Shown here: piece after piece, positions 27,533-37,182 of the stretch
Layout: every line of letters starts with the position of its first letter
Position numbering within the stretch: position 1 is the stretch's first letter
DNA from: a virus
Lineage: Duplodnaviria; Caudoviricetes
IMG/VR virus record: IMGVR_UViG_2630968317_000001
Coordinates: 24,162-88,161 of that record
Direction: 5' to 3' (one strand)
DNA: 64,000 nucleotides
Translations under genes and position numbers: made by a program
The notes under the pieces: generated by a model
The model's input: the letters and a program-made list of their open reading frames with translations, nothing else
Databases searched by the model: none
Told to the model about the DNA's origin: nothing

Positions 27533-27727
27533 ATGAGCGGAAATAATGATCCGTACTATAAGCCGGAAGTTCCGCAGTGGGTTAGCGATATTCTTCGTGC
27601 AGAAAAAGAGAAAAATCCGTTAGCTGCCCACGGTCGCTCGCGAAAATGGAGCAGTTGGAAGAGGAGTTATTCGCGAAAGTTAAAATACGCACGTTTAAAC
27701 GGATGGACTATTGAGGAGGGTGAGTAG
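27533..27727 (+). CDS. Hypothetical protein
   Basis: RBS GGAGG; EVPQWVSD...ARLNGWTIE. Confidence 0.65.
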   Translation: MSGNNDPYYKPEVPQWVSDILRAEKEKNPLAAHGRSRKWSSWKRSYSRKLKYARLNGWTIEEGE

Positions 27728-27940
27728 ATGTTCAGAATTATTATCGAAACTAAAAACAGCGTAAGGTATTCCGCAGATACTAATAACGAAGGTGTGTCTG
27801 ACTTCACGGATGATCTAAATACCTGCGAAAATAACGAATTTATCGTCCTCCATTGTAATCGAATTGACTGGGAGTACCATATCAGACGCGGTGAAATTAC
27901 GGGAGTTACGATTAATCGCATCGGGGAGGCATCGCAATGA
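27728..27940 (+). CDS. Hypothetical protein
   Basis: RBS GGAGG. Confidence 0.65.
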   Translation: MFRIIIETKNSVRYSADTNNEGVSDFTDDLNTCENNEFIVLHCNRIDWEYHIRRGEITGVTINRIGEASQ

Positions 27941-28268
27941 ACGTAAATATTAAGCGGCTATCAGCCGACGCAACTACGCCAACATACGCACATTCGACGG
28001 ACGCCTGCTTCGATCTATACGCGGCGACCGACGTCATTATCGAGCCGGGCGAGACGGCATTAGTGCCTACGGGCCTCTTACGGTAAGTAGAGAAATCGAT
28101 CGCATGATCGGTCATCATCCGAAATGGACGTATAAACTACGCAAAGGAGATCGCATAGCTCAAGCGGTCATCAAACCGATAGAGCAAGCGACCTTTACAG
28201 TTGTGGATGCGTTGGAAGATACGGAACGAGGTGCGGGCGGCTTCGGGAGTAGCGGTGTTGGAAAATGA
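27937..28268 (+). pseudogene. dut: dUTPase with internal deletion/frameshift
   Basis: N-part ...DACFDLYA...LVPTGL then stop; C-part KGDRIAQ...[12 protein letters not shown] in another frame; motifs 2 and 3 absent. Confidence 0.85.
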
Positions 28269-28765
28269 GATACAACTATCTAACAGTCATTGGCGATAAG
28301 ATAGTTAAACGGTCTAGTATTGGCCGAAGATATTATTTAACAAAATGTATCTGTGGAACTGAGAAATGGGTTCTTGCGCAAAATATTAAGAACGGAAGAA
28401 CTAAAAGCTGTGGATGTATGAGTAGTGAGTTAAAGAGAATTGGGAGCACAAAGCATGGTATGCATAGTACTAGAATTTATCAGATTTACGTGGATATGAA
28501 AGATAGATGTTTAAATAAGAACAACAAAAGATTTCATAGATACGGAGGTAGAGGGATCAGTATTTGTAGTGACTGGTTAACCGGTTTCGAAGCTTTTTAT
28601 AAATGGGCTATCGTAAACGGTTATCAAGATAATTTAACTATTGAGCGGATCGATAACGACGGTAATTACTGCCCTGAAAATTGCAAGTGGGCAACTATGG
28701 AGGAACAACTTAAAAATAGGGATACTAGGAGGATGGGACTTGGCAGAAACAAACATGTCGGTTGA
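28265..28765 (+). CDS. Free-standing HNH homing endonuclease
   Basis: CICG; SCGC; YGGRGI; [21 protein letters not shown]; AT-rich. Confidence 0.88.
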   Translation: MRYNYLTVIGDKIVKRSSIGRRYYLTKCICGTEKWVLAQNIKNGRTKSCGCMSSELKRIGSTKHGMHSTRIYQIYVDMKDRCLNKNNKRFHRYGGRGISICSDWLTGFEAFYKWAIVNGYQDNLTIERIDNDGNYCPENCKWATMEEQLKNRDTRRMGLGRNKHVG

Positions 28766-29549
28766 ATTAATGTTTCACACGCAGATTAGTGCCAAATTTA
28801 GAGAGAAATTACGGAAAGCCTCCGCCCAACTAGCGGAGATGACGGACGGAAAGATTCTCGCGCTGACTGCCATCCGTACTTGTTATAGCGCAAATAAGCC
28901 GTCTGAAATTGCGATTAAAGAAGGAGCCAAGTATTTCGGATCTGTAGCATCGGACGGCGACTCCGGGTCAGACGCGGATAGGCTTATTCGGCAGATTGTT
29001 GCGTCGAAACATACGTCTACTTTAGAAGGAATTACGTTCACCTTTGCGATCGAAGGCGTCAGCCGAGCCTTATTAGCGCAGTTAACACGACACCGCGCGG
29101 GCTTTAGCTTCAGCGTCCAATCACAGCGTTATGTGCGATTAGGCAGTGATGATAGGTCGGGCGGGTTCGATTACGTTGTCCCTGAAAAAGTAAGTACATC
29201 GCCAAAGACGATTACTGAAGAATTCGATCATTGCGACGGTCTTGAAATCGAACGGAGAGCATCGGATATCTTCTCGGAAGCGATGTCCAACGCCCAACAG
29301 GCATACGATAAATTGCGTGAAGCAGGCGTTCCCGCCGAAGATTGCCGAGCCGTCTTACCGCAAGCCGCAGCTACTAATCTCGTAATGACCGTCAACCTAC
29401 GCGCTCTACTAGGTTTCTACGCTAAGAGACGAAAGGGCAACGGCGCCCAGGCGGAAATCGCCGACCTAGCCGAAGCCTTACGCCGAGAAGTAACCGAAGT
29501 CGAGCCGTGGACTGCGCAATTCTTCGAGGGGGTGTCTGCATCGGTATAA
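28740..29549 (+). CDS. thyX: FAD-dependent thymidylate synthase
   Basis: [25 protein letters not shown] motif; TTG start after AGGAGG. Confidence 0.93.
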   Translation: MAETNMSVELMFHTQISAKFREKLRKASAQLAEMTDGKILALTAIRTCYSANKPSEIAIKEGAKYFGSVASDGDSGSDADRLIRQIVASKHTSTLEGITFTFAIEGVSRALLAQLTRHRAGFSFSVQSQRYVRLGSDDRSGGFDYVVPEKVSTSPKTITEEFDHCDGLEIERRASDIFSEAMSNAQQAYDKLREAGVPAEDCRAVLPQAAATNLVMTVNLRALLGFYAKRRKGNGAQAEIADLAEALRREVTEVEPWTAQFFEGVSASV

Positions 29550-30043
29550 TGACGACCATGACGCTTGCGTGCGGCTTATTATGTACGCAGCAACCAGCGG
29601 CGGAAATACCAGCGCCAATATTAACGGCTGATCAAGCGGCTTTACAGCGAGCTAACCAACGCATCAAGACGTTAGAGGACGAAGTAAAGGCGCTTAAAGA
29701 GACGAAGCACGTAGTCAAACGCAAGCAAAAAGCGCCGAAACTAGCGCAAACTTACGAAGTGACTGCGTACACAAACGGCGCCGAGTCTACCGGGAAGTCA
29801 GCCGGTGACCCTGACTACGGCGTAACGGCAAGCGGCGCGCGCACCAAAACGGGCCATACGATTGCCTGCCCGCCGTCAATGGCGTTCGGGACCCGGCTGA
29901 ATATCGAGGACATCGGCGTTAGGACATGCGAAGACCGAGGCGGCGCAATTACGGAAGGACATATCGATCTGTACGTTGCGGGCGTGGCTGAGGCGCAGGC
30001 ATTTGGACGTCAGCGGCTAAAGGCGGAAATCATAACGAAATAG
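29549..30043 (+). CDS. 3D-domain (putative lytic transglycosylase-like) protein
   Basis: EVTAYT...GVTASG...CEDRGGAITEGHIDLY. Confidence 0.8.
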   Translation: MTTMTLACGLLCTQQPAAEIPAPILTADQAALQRANQRIKTLEDEVKALKETKHVVKRKQKAPKLAQTYEVTAYTNGAESTGKSAGDPDYGVTASGARTKTGHTIACPPSMAFGTRLNIEDIGVRTCEDRGGAITEGHIDLYVAGVAEAQAFGRQRLKAEIITK

Positions 30044-30057
30044 GGAGGCGGCTATAG

Positions 30058-30909
30058 ATGATTCACGTACTAAAGGACGAAAAGCTCGGCGTTGATCGCG
30101 AATATGTTGCGGTAGATAGAAACGCAGAAGTTGGCGAGACGATCGTAATTGTAGAGAAGAGTAATAGTCAAGATCCGTATAATGAAGGCGATGTTTTTAC
30201 GGTAGATACTCTTTCGGAATTGGAGGATTTCGTACGAAGTTCTGCGGCCATTTCTGACTTCAGCGAGAAAGGGACTATATTTCATACGGAATACCACGTA
30301 CTCGAACCGACCGACATCGTCCACATTGACGGAGAGCGCTACCGTTTAGAAGATCGTAAGGCGGAAGTGGGCGAAAAGATTATCGTAACTAAAAGCTACG
30401 ACATGCCGATCGGTCATATCAGCGTGGTGAAAGGTATTGACGTCAGTTATGACGATGGTTCTTGTTATTTGGAAGACGCACGCGGCGGTGAGGATTATTT
30501 CGACGGAGAAAGCGACCAGCTTCTTGTCCTGACTCCGGTTCAAGACGATGCCGAGGCGCAAGAATCCGACGTCATCACCGTCCTTGCCAATCTAGGCGCA
30601 GAGGTGGCGGAATTAAAACGGAAAAACGACCGATTCGAGCAAGCCCTCGGATGGAACGAAATGGGGCCAAGTCATATACCGAGTCTCCGTAACGGATTAG
30701 ACGTGCTTAAATCGGTTATCTCGGAATTAGAAGATAAATATGAATCGGAGCTTGAACGTATGCAGTCCGAAATTAACGCCCTGCACGAAGATAAAGTCCG
30801 TCTCGGCGAACAGCTCGCAAAGGTGACGGCAGACGGCACGAAAGCCTTGTCGTTCACTGCGGCTGATCTTGCGCAGGTAATCGTAAGTCTAAAGAAGGCC
30901 GGCCTATGA
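30058..30909 (+). CDS. Hypothetical protein: two SH3-like modules plus coiled coil
   Basis: RNAEVGETI and RKAEVGEKI repeats. Confidence 0.75.
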   Translation: MIHVLKDEKLGVDREYVAVDRNAEVGETIVIVEKSNSQDPYNEGDVFTVDTLSELEDFVRSSAAISDFSEKGTIFHTEYHVLEPTDIVHIDGERYRLEDRKAEVGEKIIVTKSYDMPIGHISVVKGIDVSYDDGSCYLEDARGGEDYFDGESDQLLVLTPVQDDAEAQESDVITVLANLGAEVAELKRKNDRFEQALGWNEMGPSHIPSLRNGLDVLKSVISELEDKYESELERMQSEINALHEDKVRLGEQLAKVTADGTKALSFTAADLAQVIVSLKKAGL

Positions 30910-31466
30910 AGCTCGCAATCACGGGTAAGCTAGGCGCAGGCAAAGACGCAGCCGTCGATTATCTCGTATCCATGTACGAATTATTTCCGTTCACGTTTTC
31001 CGCAAAAGGTAAGGCGCTCTTCTACGAACTGTTTCCGGAAATGCGCGGCGACGCCAAACAGCGCCAGCCTATGCGTGATTTCATTAACGGAATCACCGAA
31101 TTAGACGTGCCTGGCGCTAAAGACGTGTGGGTCGATTATTTGTTCCGCCGCATTGAAGACCACGATAAGCTGCGCTGCTGCCGAGATAGCCGCATATTGA
31201 TCACGGACATTCGGAAGCCGGCTGAATACGAACGAGCCAAGGCGGAAGGGTTTACGATACTACGCATTACTGCACCGGACGAACTGCGCATTGAACGCGC
31301 CAAAAGACGAGGCGACAAATTCAAGGTGGACGACTTAAACCATCCGACAGAAACGGCGCTCGACGGATTCGAAGTCGATTATGAGATCGTAAATGACGGA
31401 ACACTTGGCGACCTATATGCGCGGCTGGACGAAATTATGGCCGATCAACTCAAAGAGAACGCGTAA
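30906..31466 (+). CDS. dNMP kinase-like P-loop protein
   Basis: ITGKLGAGKD; ITDIRKPAE; HPTETALD; IVNDGT. Confidence 0.82.
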   Translation: MKLAITGKLGAGKDAAVDYLVSMYELFPFTFSAKGKALFYELFPEMRGDAKQRQPMRDFINGITELDVPGAKDVWVDYLFRRIEDHDKLRCCRDSRILITDIRKPAEYERAKAEGFTILRITAPDELRIERAKRRGDKFKVDDLNHPTETALDGFEVDYEIVNDGTLGDLYARLDEIMADQLKENA

Positions 31467-31819
31467 GTACCTTTCGGATAGGCTAGATGCGGCTGCTTAG
31501 ACGCCTCGCCGTCGCCAATCAAATAGAAGCGTAGCGGTAGCTCGCGATCTTCGAGACCGGCCCCTTCTAATACGTGTCGAGCACGGTTACTATACGAATC
31601 TTTATCGAACTGGAACGGCTGAGTATCCGTTTTTACCATTTCCGGCTTTGCAACGACTAGGCATTTAGCTTCGGCGTCGTAGCCAATCACTAGTTGAAAC
31701 CTAGTATTGGGCGGTATTCCAATTAAAGCTTTTGCCGCAGCGTTTACGTAGATACGTCGCTGACTATCTAACGTTATGAAGGCGGTATTACTAACCGCGG
31801 AAATCCATTCTATTGCCAT
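31445..31819 (-). CDS. Hypothetical protein
   Basis: RBS GAGGTG; 124 aa. Confidence 0.7.
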   Translation of the reverse strand: MAIEWISAVSNTAFITLDSQRRIYVNAAAKALIGIPPNTRFQLVIGYDAEAKCLVVAKPEMVKTDTQPFQFDKDSYSNRARHVLEGAGLEDRELPLRFYLIGDGEASKQPHLAYPKGTYAFSLS

Positions 31820-31896
31820 ACGGATACACCTCGCTTATTTTATATGACGATTATAGACGATTCACAGGCGGAAAGCAAACGAAGGAGGCGGTATTA

Positions 31897-32271
31897 TTGG
31901 GCGCATCGACGAACAAGCCCGACCAGCACTTACGATATGAAACGCAATACAAACTCGACGGACCCGACGGCGTCAAGGCGCTTCTAGCCGATTATACAAC
32001 GCTCAGACAGCGGCGCTTCTTAGGCGACATGGCTGCTTGCGATATTCTGATCGACCTATGTCGCGCTATTGAATTGGCGGCGCTGACCGGAAAGCAATAC
32101 GAAGCCCTGCGCCTAGTCTATTTCGATGACCTATCGCAAACACAGGCGGGTGCGGCGCTCGGTATTACGCAGCAAGCCGTTGACTATGCGATTAATGCTG
32201 CGATAAATAAGATCGTCGACATTTACTACTATTGGGCGTCGCACGGCGAAGGTTACGGAGGTTCGATATGA
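31897..32271 (+). CDS. Sigma-70 region-4-like HTH protein (possible late regulator)
   Basis: LTGKQYEALRLVYFDDLSQTQAGAALGITQQAVDY. Confidence 0.78.
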   Translation: MGASTNKPDQHLRYETQYKLDGPDGVKALLADYTTLRQRRFLGDMAACDILIDLCRAIELAALTGKQYEALRLVYFDDLSQTQAGAALGITQQAVDYAINAAINKIVDIYYYWASHGEGYGGSI

Positions 32272-32474
32272 ACTTATATAGATACGCTCATCAAACGGAC
32301 GAAGGCGAGCTTATCCGATGCTTATTTATAGACGTATGGAAATATCGGGTATTAATTGCGCTAGCTCAAACTAATTGGGAAACGAGCGGTCAACCGAGAC
32401 GCATACCAATATACGCAAGTAAGAACGATCTAATGATTTATCGTTTTGCAATTAGATTCGGAGTACGTAAGTAA
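32268..32474 (+). CDS. Hypothetical protein
   Basis: RBS GGAGG; ATGA overlap. Confidence 0.55.
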   Translation: MNLYRYAHQTDEGELIRCLFIDVWKYRVLIALAQTNWETSGQPRRIPIYASKNDLMIYRFAIRFGVRK

Positions 32475-32488
32475 AGGAGGGCGCCTAA

Positions 32489-32977
32489 TTGACGAAGGAA
32501 GAACTACACGAAGCCATTACGGATATATACGAACGTACAAAAGCTGGCGCCATAGAGCGTGAAGAACGTATCGGAGAAATAGAGGCTTTACTCGCGACTT
32601 ATGACGGCACACCGCCGGCAAACACGCTGGAACGTCTATCCGACTTAATCTTATACGAAGAACTCTCGGATACGCGCCGCAATAAAATGACGGCCGAAGA
32701 GTATCCGATCATGTCCGAGCGTATGGAAAAAACACGCAAGACTGGCGAAGCGTCCGATAAGATGGCCGAGGAATACGATAGCACCGGCACCAATCGCGGC
32801 GTACCTAAGCGACGCACTCGGTCACCATACGATAATCTATTCACGGACCGTCACGCAAAAGCGCGTAATAAAACGGCTCGCAGGCGATATAACGATTTCG
32901 TCAACGGAAAGTCTAGCGGACAATTCACCGTAAATATAGCAACCGGCTTCAAAACGGTAAGGTCAGACGCTCAATAG
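32489..32977 (+). CDS. Hypothetical phage protein
   Basis: RBS AAGGAGG; LERLSDLILYEEL...EEYPIMSE. Confidence 0.75.
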   Translation: MTKEELHEAITDIYERTKAGAIEREERIGEIEALLATYDGTPPANTLERLSDLILYEELSDTRRNKMTAEEYPIMSERMEKTRKTGEASDKMAEEYDSTGTNRGVPKRRTRSPYDNLFTDRHAKARNKTARRRYNDFVNGKSSGQFTVNIATGFKTVRSDAQ

Positions 32978-33015
32978 GCGTCTTTTGTTTTGCGATAAAT
33001 ACGAAAAGGGGCGGT

Positions 33016-33855
33016 ATGATGAGGTATGATCGCGTAGTAAATGAGGACGGAGAACTCGGCGTATTTGTGCCGGACGCCATAAAAGCCGTCATTAGGACGC
33101 CGGAAGAACTCGAAAAGGCGCGCCTGCGAGCGACCTTAGCGCCAAAGAAACGATTTCATCATGGACGCAATTACATCGTATCTTACAACGATACGTTGAG
33201 CGCTATTATTCGCGACCTATCACTTACGGAAGCCGGCGCAATGGTTAAAATCATGCTTCAGCTACGCATCAAAAGCGACGGCAAGCTCGTAAAAGGGGCG
33301 GCCGGGGAACCGATGAATAAGTCGGACATAGCTCGCTTGCTTGACCGTAGCCGCTCGAATGCTAATGCGCTGGTCGGTCGATTGGCTGAACTCGGCTTGA
33401 TCGAACTGAAAGACGACGGCATTTACGTCAGCAGCCGTTTTCATACGATGGGCGGCCGCATCAAAAACGAAGTATTTACGAAAGTCTATACGGTTAAGGC
33501 ACGGCAGACCATCGCTAATCTGCGCCTAAACGAAATCGGCATGCTGTATAAGATTATTCCGTTCTTTCATTATAGCGAGTATTATCTTTGCGCAGATCCC
33601 AACGCAGAAAAGGCGGACATTGATTACATCGGCCGCGAAACGTTAGCCGAATTAATCGGACACGATGCATCGACGGTCTCGAAAATCATGGGACGTCTGC
33701 AAGGCGTAGGCGCCGTATTAGTCACCGGAACGCGCAACGAAGTACGTTACTTAGTGCACCCGGATTTACTGTTTCGCCAGCCTGAAGGCTTTAAAACGGA
33801 ATGGACGGTAGCCGTGCGAAAGTTATTCGATGACCACGCCAAGAAGTCGCGTTAA
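33016..33855 (+). CDS. Tandem winged-HTH protein (replication-protein-like)
   Basis: Two HTH segments (MNKSDIARLLDRSRS; GRETLAELIGHDASTVSK); YLVHPDL. Confidence 0.7.
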   Translation: MMRYDRVVNEDGELGVFVPDAIKAVIRTPEELEKARLRATLAPKKRFHHGRNYIVSYNDTLSAIIRDLSLTEAGAMVKIMLQLRIKSDGKLVKGAAGEPMNKSDIARLLDRSRSNANALVGRLAELGLIELKDDGIYVSSRFHTMGGRIKNEVFTKVYTVKARQTIANLRLNEIGMLYKIIPFFHYSEYYLCADPNAEKADIDYIGRETLAELIGHDASTVSKIMGRLQGVGAVLVTGTRNEVRYLVHPDLLFRQPEGFKTEWTVAVRKLFDDHAKKSR

Positions 33856-33863
33856 ATAAACGA

Positions 33864-33897
33864 AAAAGGACGCCTACGAGGGCGTCTTTATTTTTGC
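33864..33897. terminator. Bidirectional terminator
   Basis: AAAAAGGACGCC-TACGAG-GGCGTCTTT between convergent genes. Confidence 0.7.
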
Positions 33898-33898
33898 G

Positions 33899-34084
33899 CT
33901 ATATTCGCTTAGTCATTCCGCATTTCGAACATTTACGGAGAAATACCCCGCCTTTGATCGAACTGTTAAACTTCGATGTATCACAATTGTCACACCGTCC
34001 GCTCTTAACGTCCGGCATCTCGCGAACATCATAAACGACAGATACGTCATAATCGCCTGGCTGCGGTCTATTCACGTCTTTCAC
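33899..34084 (-). CDS. Zn-ribbon small protein
   Basis: CDNC...CSKC. Confidence 0.7.
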   Translation of the reverse strand: MKDVNRPQPGDYDVSVVYDVREMPDVKSGRCDNCDTSKFNSSIKGGVFLRKCSKCGMTKRI

Positions 34085-34118
34085 CTCACAACCTTCGTAT
34101 TATAACGTATCTATGCGC

Positions 34119-34250
34119 TTATTTAAACAATCTTCCGAAAGCTCTTCCGACGCTGCGTCGCACGATCCGTCCGCGTACGTCGTTCTTTTTCACCGCGTTA
34201 ACGTCTCCCAAAAACCTAGCCCATCCGTACAAGAATCTGCGGAAATTCAT
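34119..34250 (-). CDS. Cationic amphipathic peptide, 43 aa
   Basis: RBS AAGGAGG; MNFRRFLYGWARFLGDVNAVKKNDVRGRIVRRSVGRAFGRLFK. Confidence 0.7.
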   Translation of the reverse strand: MNFRRFLYGWARFLGDVNAVKKNDVRGRIVRRSVGRAFGRLFK

Positions 34251-34279
34251 ATCGTCGTCCTCCTTCGTATTTTAGACGC

Positions 34280-34663
34280 CTACCACCGAGTCACTGCGAA
34301 GTCTTTCGATAGGTAAGTACCGATTTTCTTCGTCTTGGCTGCGTTGCTATAAGCCGTCAGTTTAATCCGGTATTGCCCGTTCGTCATAGTCGAAGTATAG
34401 AAGCGTTTGATCGGCGTGCTTTTAACGAACTCGCCACTCAACGATTGTTTCGACTTCCATCCGTCTGTATACTGTTGCTGCAAAGTCATCGTGTAATATA
34501 CGCGGCTGCCGCTGCTTTTCGATGCCACTACGTCCACTGACGTCGCCTTAGGCGTGTAGTATGGGGCGTCAACCTTAACCGTAATAGAAGCCGCATTGGC
34601 TGGCGTTGTAAGTCCGAGCGTCATAAGTACAACCGCAATTGTTATCGTAATAAAACGTTTCAT
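34280..34663 (-). CDS. Secreted beta-rich protein
   Basis: Signal peptide MKRFITITIAVVLMTLGLTTPANA. Confidence 0.8.
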   Translation of the reverse strand: MKRFITITIAVVLMTLGLTTPANAASITVKVDAPYYTPKATSVDVVASKSSGSRVYYTMTLQQQYTDGWKSKQSLSGEFVKSTPIKRFYTSTMTNGQYRIKLTAYSNAAKTKKIGTYLSKDFAVTRW

Positions 34664-34839
34664 TATTCAACATCTCCTTCGAGTTTTATATCGTATCCGA
34701 ACGCGATCAGAGCGAGTCTAAAGCCGAAGTCAAAGCCGGCAGGCGCATCGTCGCGTTCTCTTTTAAATAGTTCGGCGGCTCGCTGTAGCGGATCGGCTAC
34801 AGCTTGGGTTCCGTCTAAGGCCGTCAATTTTACGTCCAC
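34663..34839 (-). CDS. Hypothetical protein
   Basis: GTG start after GGAGGAG. Confidence 0.55.
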   Translation of the reverse strand: MDVKLTALDGTQAVADPLQRAAELFKRERDDAPAGFDFGFRLALIAFGYDIKLEGDVE

Positions 34840-34955
34840 TAAGCGATCTCCTCCTCGATGTTTAGAAGGCCGCCGCAATTCGGACATTTAGCGGCCATTT
34901 CGATTTCTACGTCTAGCCGGGCGAATGAACAGTCCGGACAGTTATACTCGATCAT
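34839..34955 (-). CDS. Zn-ribbon peptide, 38 aa
   Basis: RBS GGAGG; MIEYNCPDCSFARLDVEIEMAAKCPNCGGLLNIEEEIA. Confidence 0.65.
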   Translation of the reverse strand: MIEYNCPDCSFARLDVEIEMAAKCPNCGGLLNIEEEIA

Positions 34956-35041
34956 AGTCAGCGATTCCTCCACGATTTTAGTACGCCAGCGCCGTCTTAG
35001 TTGCGTCTTAGGGTCGTAGGTAGGGACGGCTGCCCGACGTC

Positions 35042-35200
35042 TTATTTCATTAGCGATTTTAAAGCGACCGTAAAGCCGAAAATGACTAACGTTGCAATGG
35101 CTGCGCAGTCAATCGGCTGCATTGAACCGTAATCCAAAAACGCTATCCAGGCGATCAAAACGATAATGAGCAACGTATCAAGCGTATTAATTTTGCGCAT
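35042..35200 (-). CDS. Two-TM peptide, 52 aa
   Basis: MRKINTLDTLLIIVLIAWIAFLDYGSMQPIDCAAIATLVIFGFTVALKSLMK. Confidence 0.6.
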   Translation of the reverse strand: MRKINTLDTLLIIVLIAWIAFLDYGSMQPIDCAAIATLVIFGFTVALKSLMK

Positions 35201-35243
35201 GTGTGGTATAATTGATTGAACCGGGGCGCTAAGCCCCGTCCGT

Positions 35244-35369
35244 TTACTTGCGACGTTTCTTCTTGGAGGGAGACCGTCGCTTTTTCATTGCCTTGATTTC
35301 CATCGCGGTTTTGATGATCGCCAACCACGACGCAAGCAAGACGGATATTTTAGTAGCTAGTTCAATCAA
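35244..35369 (-). CDS. Single-TM peptide with polybasic tail, 41 aa (type I toxin-like)
   Basis: RBS AAAGGAGGTG; MIELATKISVLLASWLAIIKTAMEIKAMKKRRSPSKKKRRK. Confidence 0.7.
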   Translation of the reverse strand: MIELATKISVLLASWLAIIKTAMEIKAMKKRRSPSKKKRRK

Positions 35370-35396
35370 TCGTGTTCACCTCCTTTCTGTACTTTT

Positions 35397-35425
35397 ATTA
35401 TAACGTATAAGCGTTATAACGTCAA
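35397..35425 (-). promoter_or_regulatory. SigA promoter with palindrome in spacer
   Basis: Minus strand TTGACG-17-TATAAT; spacer contains ACGTATAAGCGT. Confidence 0.7.
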
Positions 35426-35483
35426 TGCGTTATTTACAAAAATATCGTATTTGCGTTATAATTTTCGTAGGAGGTGTCGGAAT

Positions 35484-35696
35484 ATGAACGTCAAACTTAA
35501 AATTGGCGAGCTTATCGAGCGGCGGAATATAACGCAAACAACCCTTGCGGAACTGACCGGTATAAGACCTAGCGCAATAAGCGACCTGTGTCGTAATAGA
35601 AGAGATCGGGTGCAGCTCGACCATTTGGCGAAGATAGCAGCGGCACTGGACGTAAAAGACATACGGGAACTGATCGATATAGAGAACGAAGAGTAG
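35484..35696 (+). CDS. XRE/Cro-C1 HTH regulator
   Basis: ITQTTLAELTGIRPSAISDLCRN; similar to 61751..61966. Confidence 0.88.
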   Translation: MNVKLKIGELIERRNITQTTLAELTGIRPSAISDLCRNRRDRVQLDHLAKIAAALDVKDIRELIDIENEE

Positions 35697-35750
35697 AGAC
35701 GTTCAGGGCGAGCGTCTCTTTTTTTGCGCCTGAAAAACGGGCAGCCGACG

Positions 35751-35806
35751 TTTCAGTGTGGCGAAAACAGAACAAAACGGCCTTTCAGTGTGGCGAAAAC
35801 AGAACA
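35751..35806 (+). repeat. Exact 24-bp direct repeat x2 (32-bp period)
   Basis: TTTCAGTGTGGCGAAAACAGAACA at 35751 and 35783. Confidence 0.9.
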
Positions 35807-36471
35807 CGCTAAAACCGCCTTGACGCTTAGAGCCACGTGGGATACAGACGTTTTTAGGCGTTAACGTTGTCTTATTCTTAGGGAAAGACCTAGCGTCACT
35901 CCGTTCCGCAGATAACGCAATAGAATACATATAGAAGGACGGCGGATTATTATTTGCGGACGAGGCGGAGCCGAGGTCGCTGTACTTAAATACATACGGA
36001 AAGGATACCGTTAATAGGACGGACACTGATCGTTAAGGATTGCGAAGATATACTTGTGTAACATACGGATATGCTGTCTTACGTTATAGAGAGACGTAAC
36101 GCAACGTAACATACTAACGGTAAGCATACGATAGGCAGCGATTAGGGTACCGTCCTACAGGCGCCATGTAACGGCAGGCACAGATGGTCTATATAATATA
36201 GTACGAAGGCGGACGGTAGGGTGACGTGGGTATACCGGGAAGGAACTCCGCAATCAAGCAAGCGCCGCCCGCGGACGAGGCCTCCGAAAACTCAGGGGGT
36301 TGAAAGCCGAAGCCAATCCGTTTATGCACGATCCTATACATACCGGCCGGCATAGGCAGCCCGCACGAATGGCGGCATGGCGGGGCTGGTACGATGCATA
36401 AAGTTCATTCGTTTCGTTGCGCTGGTCGAACGGCTACCAACTGTGACACACCAACGTTTGTGCTTAACGCG

Positions 36472-36500
36472 AATGTAACAGAAAGTCTTTTTGTTACTTT
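36472..36500. other. Candidate tyrosine recombinase site
   Basis: AATGTAACAGA-aagtctt-TTTGTTACTTT; related to 39722-39751. Confidence 0.5.
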
Positions 36501-36736
36501 CGTTATGCAACGTTATGAATTCGTTATTCAATAATAATCGCGAAAAATAAACGAAAGCCGACCGCCCCCAAGCGCCCCAGCCAAAACCGCCCGATCTGAC
36601 GCTTTAACCTTGCGCACAATTTTTTAAACTCGGGGTGTTAACCGTCTAGCCCTACGTATACGTACGTTAATCATCCGAAGTTTCTCGGAAGGGCTAGAGG
36701 GTTAATACGCTAATTAAACGGAGAGGAGGCGTTCAA

Positions 36737-36898
36737 ATGAGTCGCTATAAAGTTGTCCCATCAGACGTAAGTTTCAAATTGCCGTTTCGATTCGATTTTG
36801 ATCGGCTAAAATATATCGTAGGTCGCGTAGCCTGTAAAACGGCTTCTGACGCTTTGTTTATATGGAATATGCGTTTAATAACGCGAGGGAGGCGCTAA
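36737..36898 (+). CDS. Hypothetical protein, 53 aa
   Basis: RBS AGGAGG; MSRYKVVPSDVSFKLPF... Confidence 0.5.
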   Translation: MSRYKVVPSDVSFKLPFRFDFDRLKYIVGRVACKTASDALFIWNMRLITRGRR

Positions 36899-36899
36899 C

Positions 36900-37181
36900 G
36901 TGGCGATAGATACTAACGGCTGTATTCAAATCGCGGCCAACGCTTATCTTACGGAAGGTGCAAGCGAAAAGCTACGAGAATATCTATGCGATGCATTGCC
37001 GCACTCGTTCGAAATGTACGAACTTAGACGCGATCTATCCGAAGTCCCACTAAGAGGGGTCATCGACTACGGATACTGGCGTCTTGTTGCGCTCTCCTCG
37101 GATATATTCCCGGAAGAGATTCCGCTATTTCCTGACGAAGATGGAAACGTATTTTTTGTTATACGGGAAGGAGGACGTTAG
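36900..37181 (+). CDS. Hypothetical protein (paralog A)
   Basis: RBS GGAGG; similar to 37183..37464. Confidence 0.7.
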   Translation: MAIDTNGCIQIAANAYLTEGASEKLREYLCDALPHSFEMYELRRDLSEVPLRGVIDYGYWRLVALSSDIFPEEIPLFPDEDGNVFFVIREGGR

Positions 37182-37182
37182 G

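Noticed and set aside
27937-29549. Uracil-containing or hypermodified phage DNA suggested by dut loss
   Set aside because: thyX is intact, the prophage is integrated, and no modification enzymes were seen
35751-35806. Possible CRISPR mini-array
   Set aside because: Only two repeats separated by 8 bp; no spacer-length unique sequence and no cas operon
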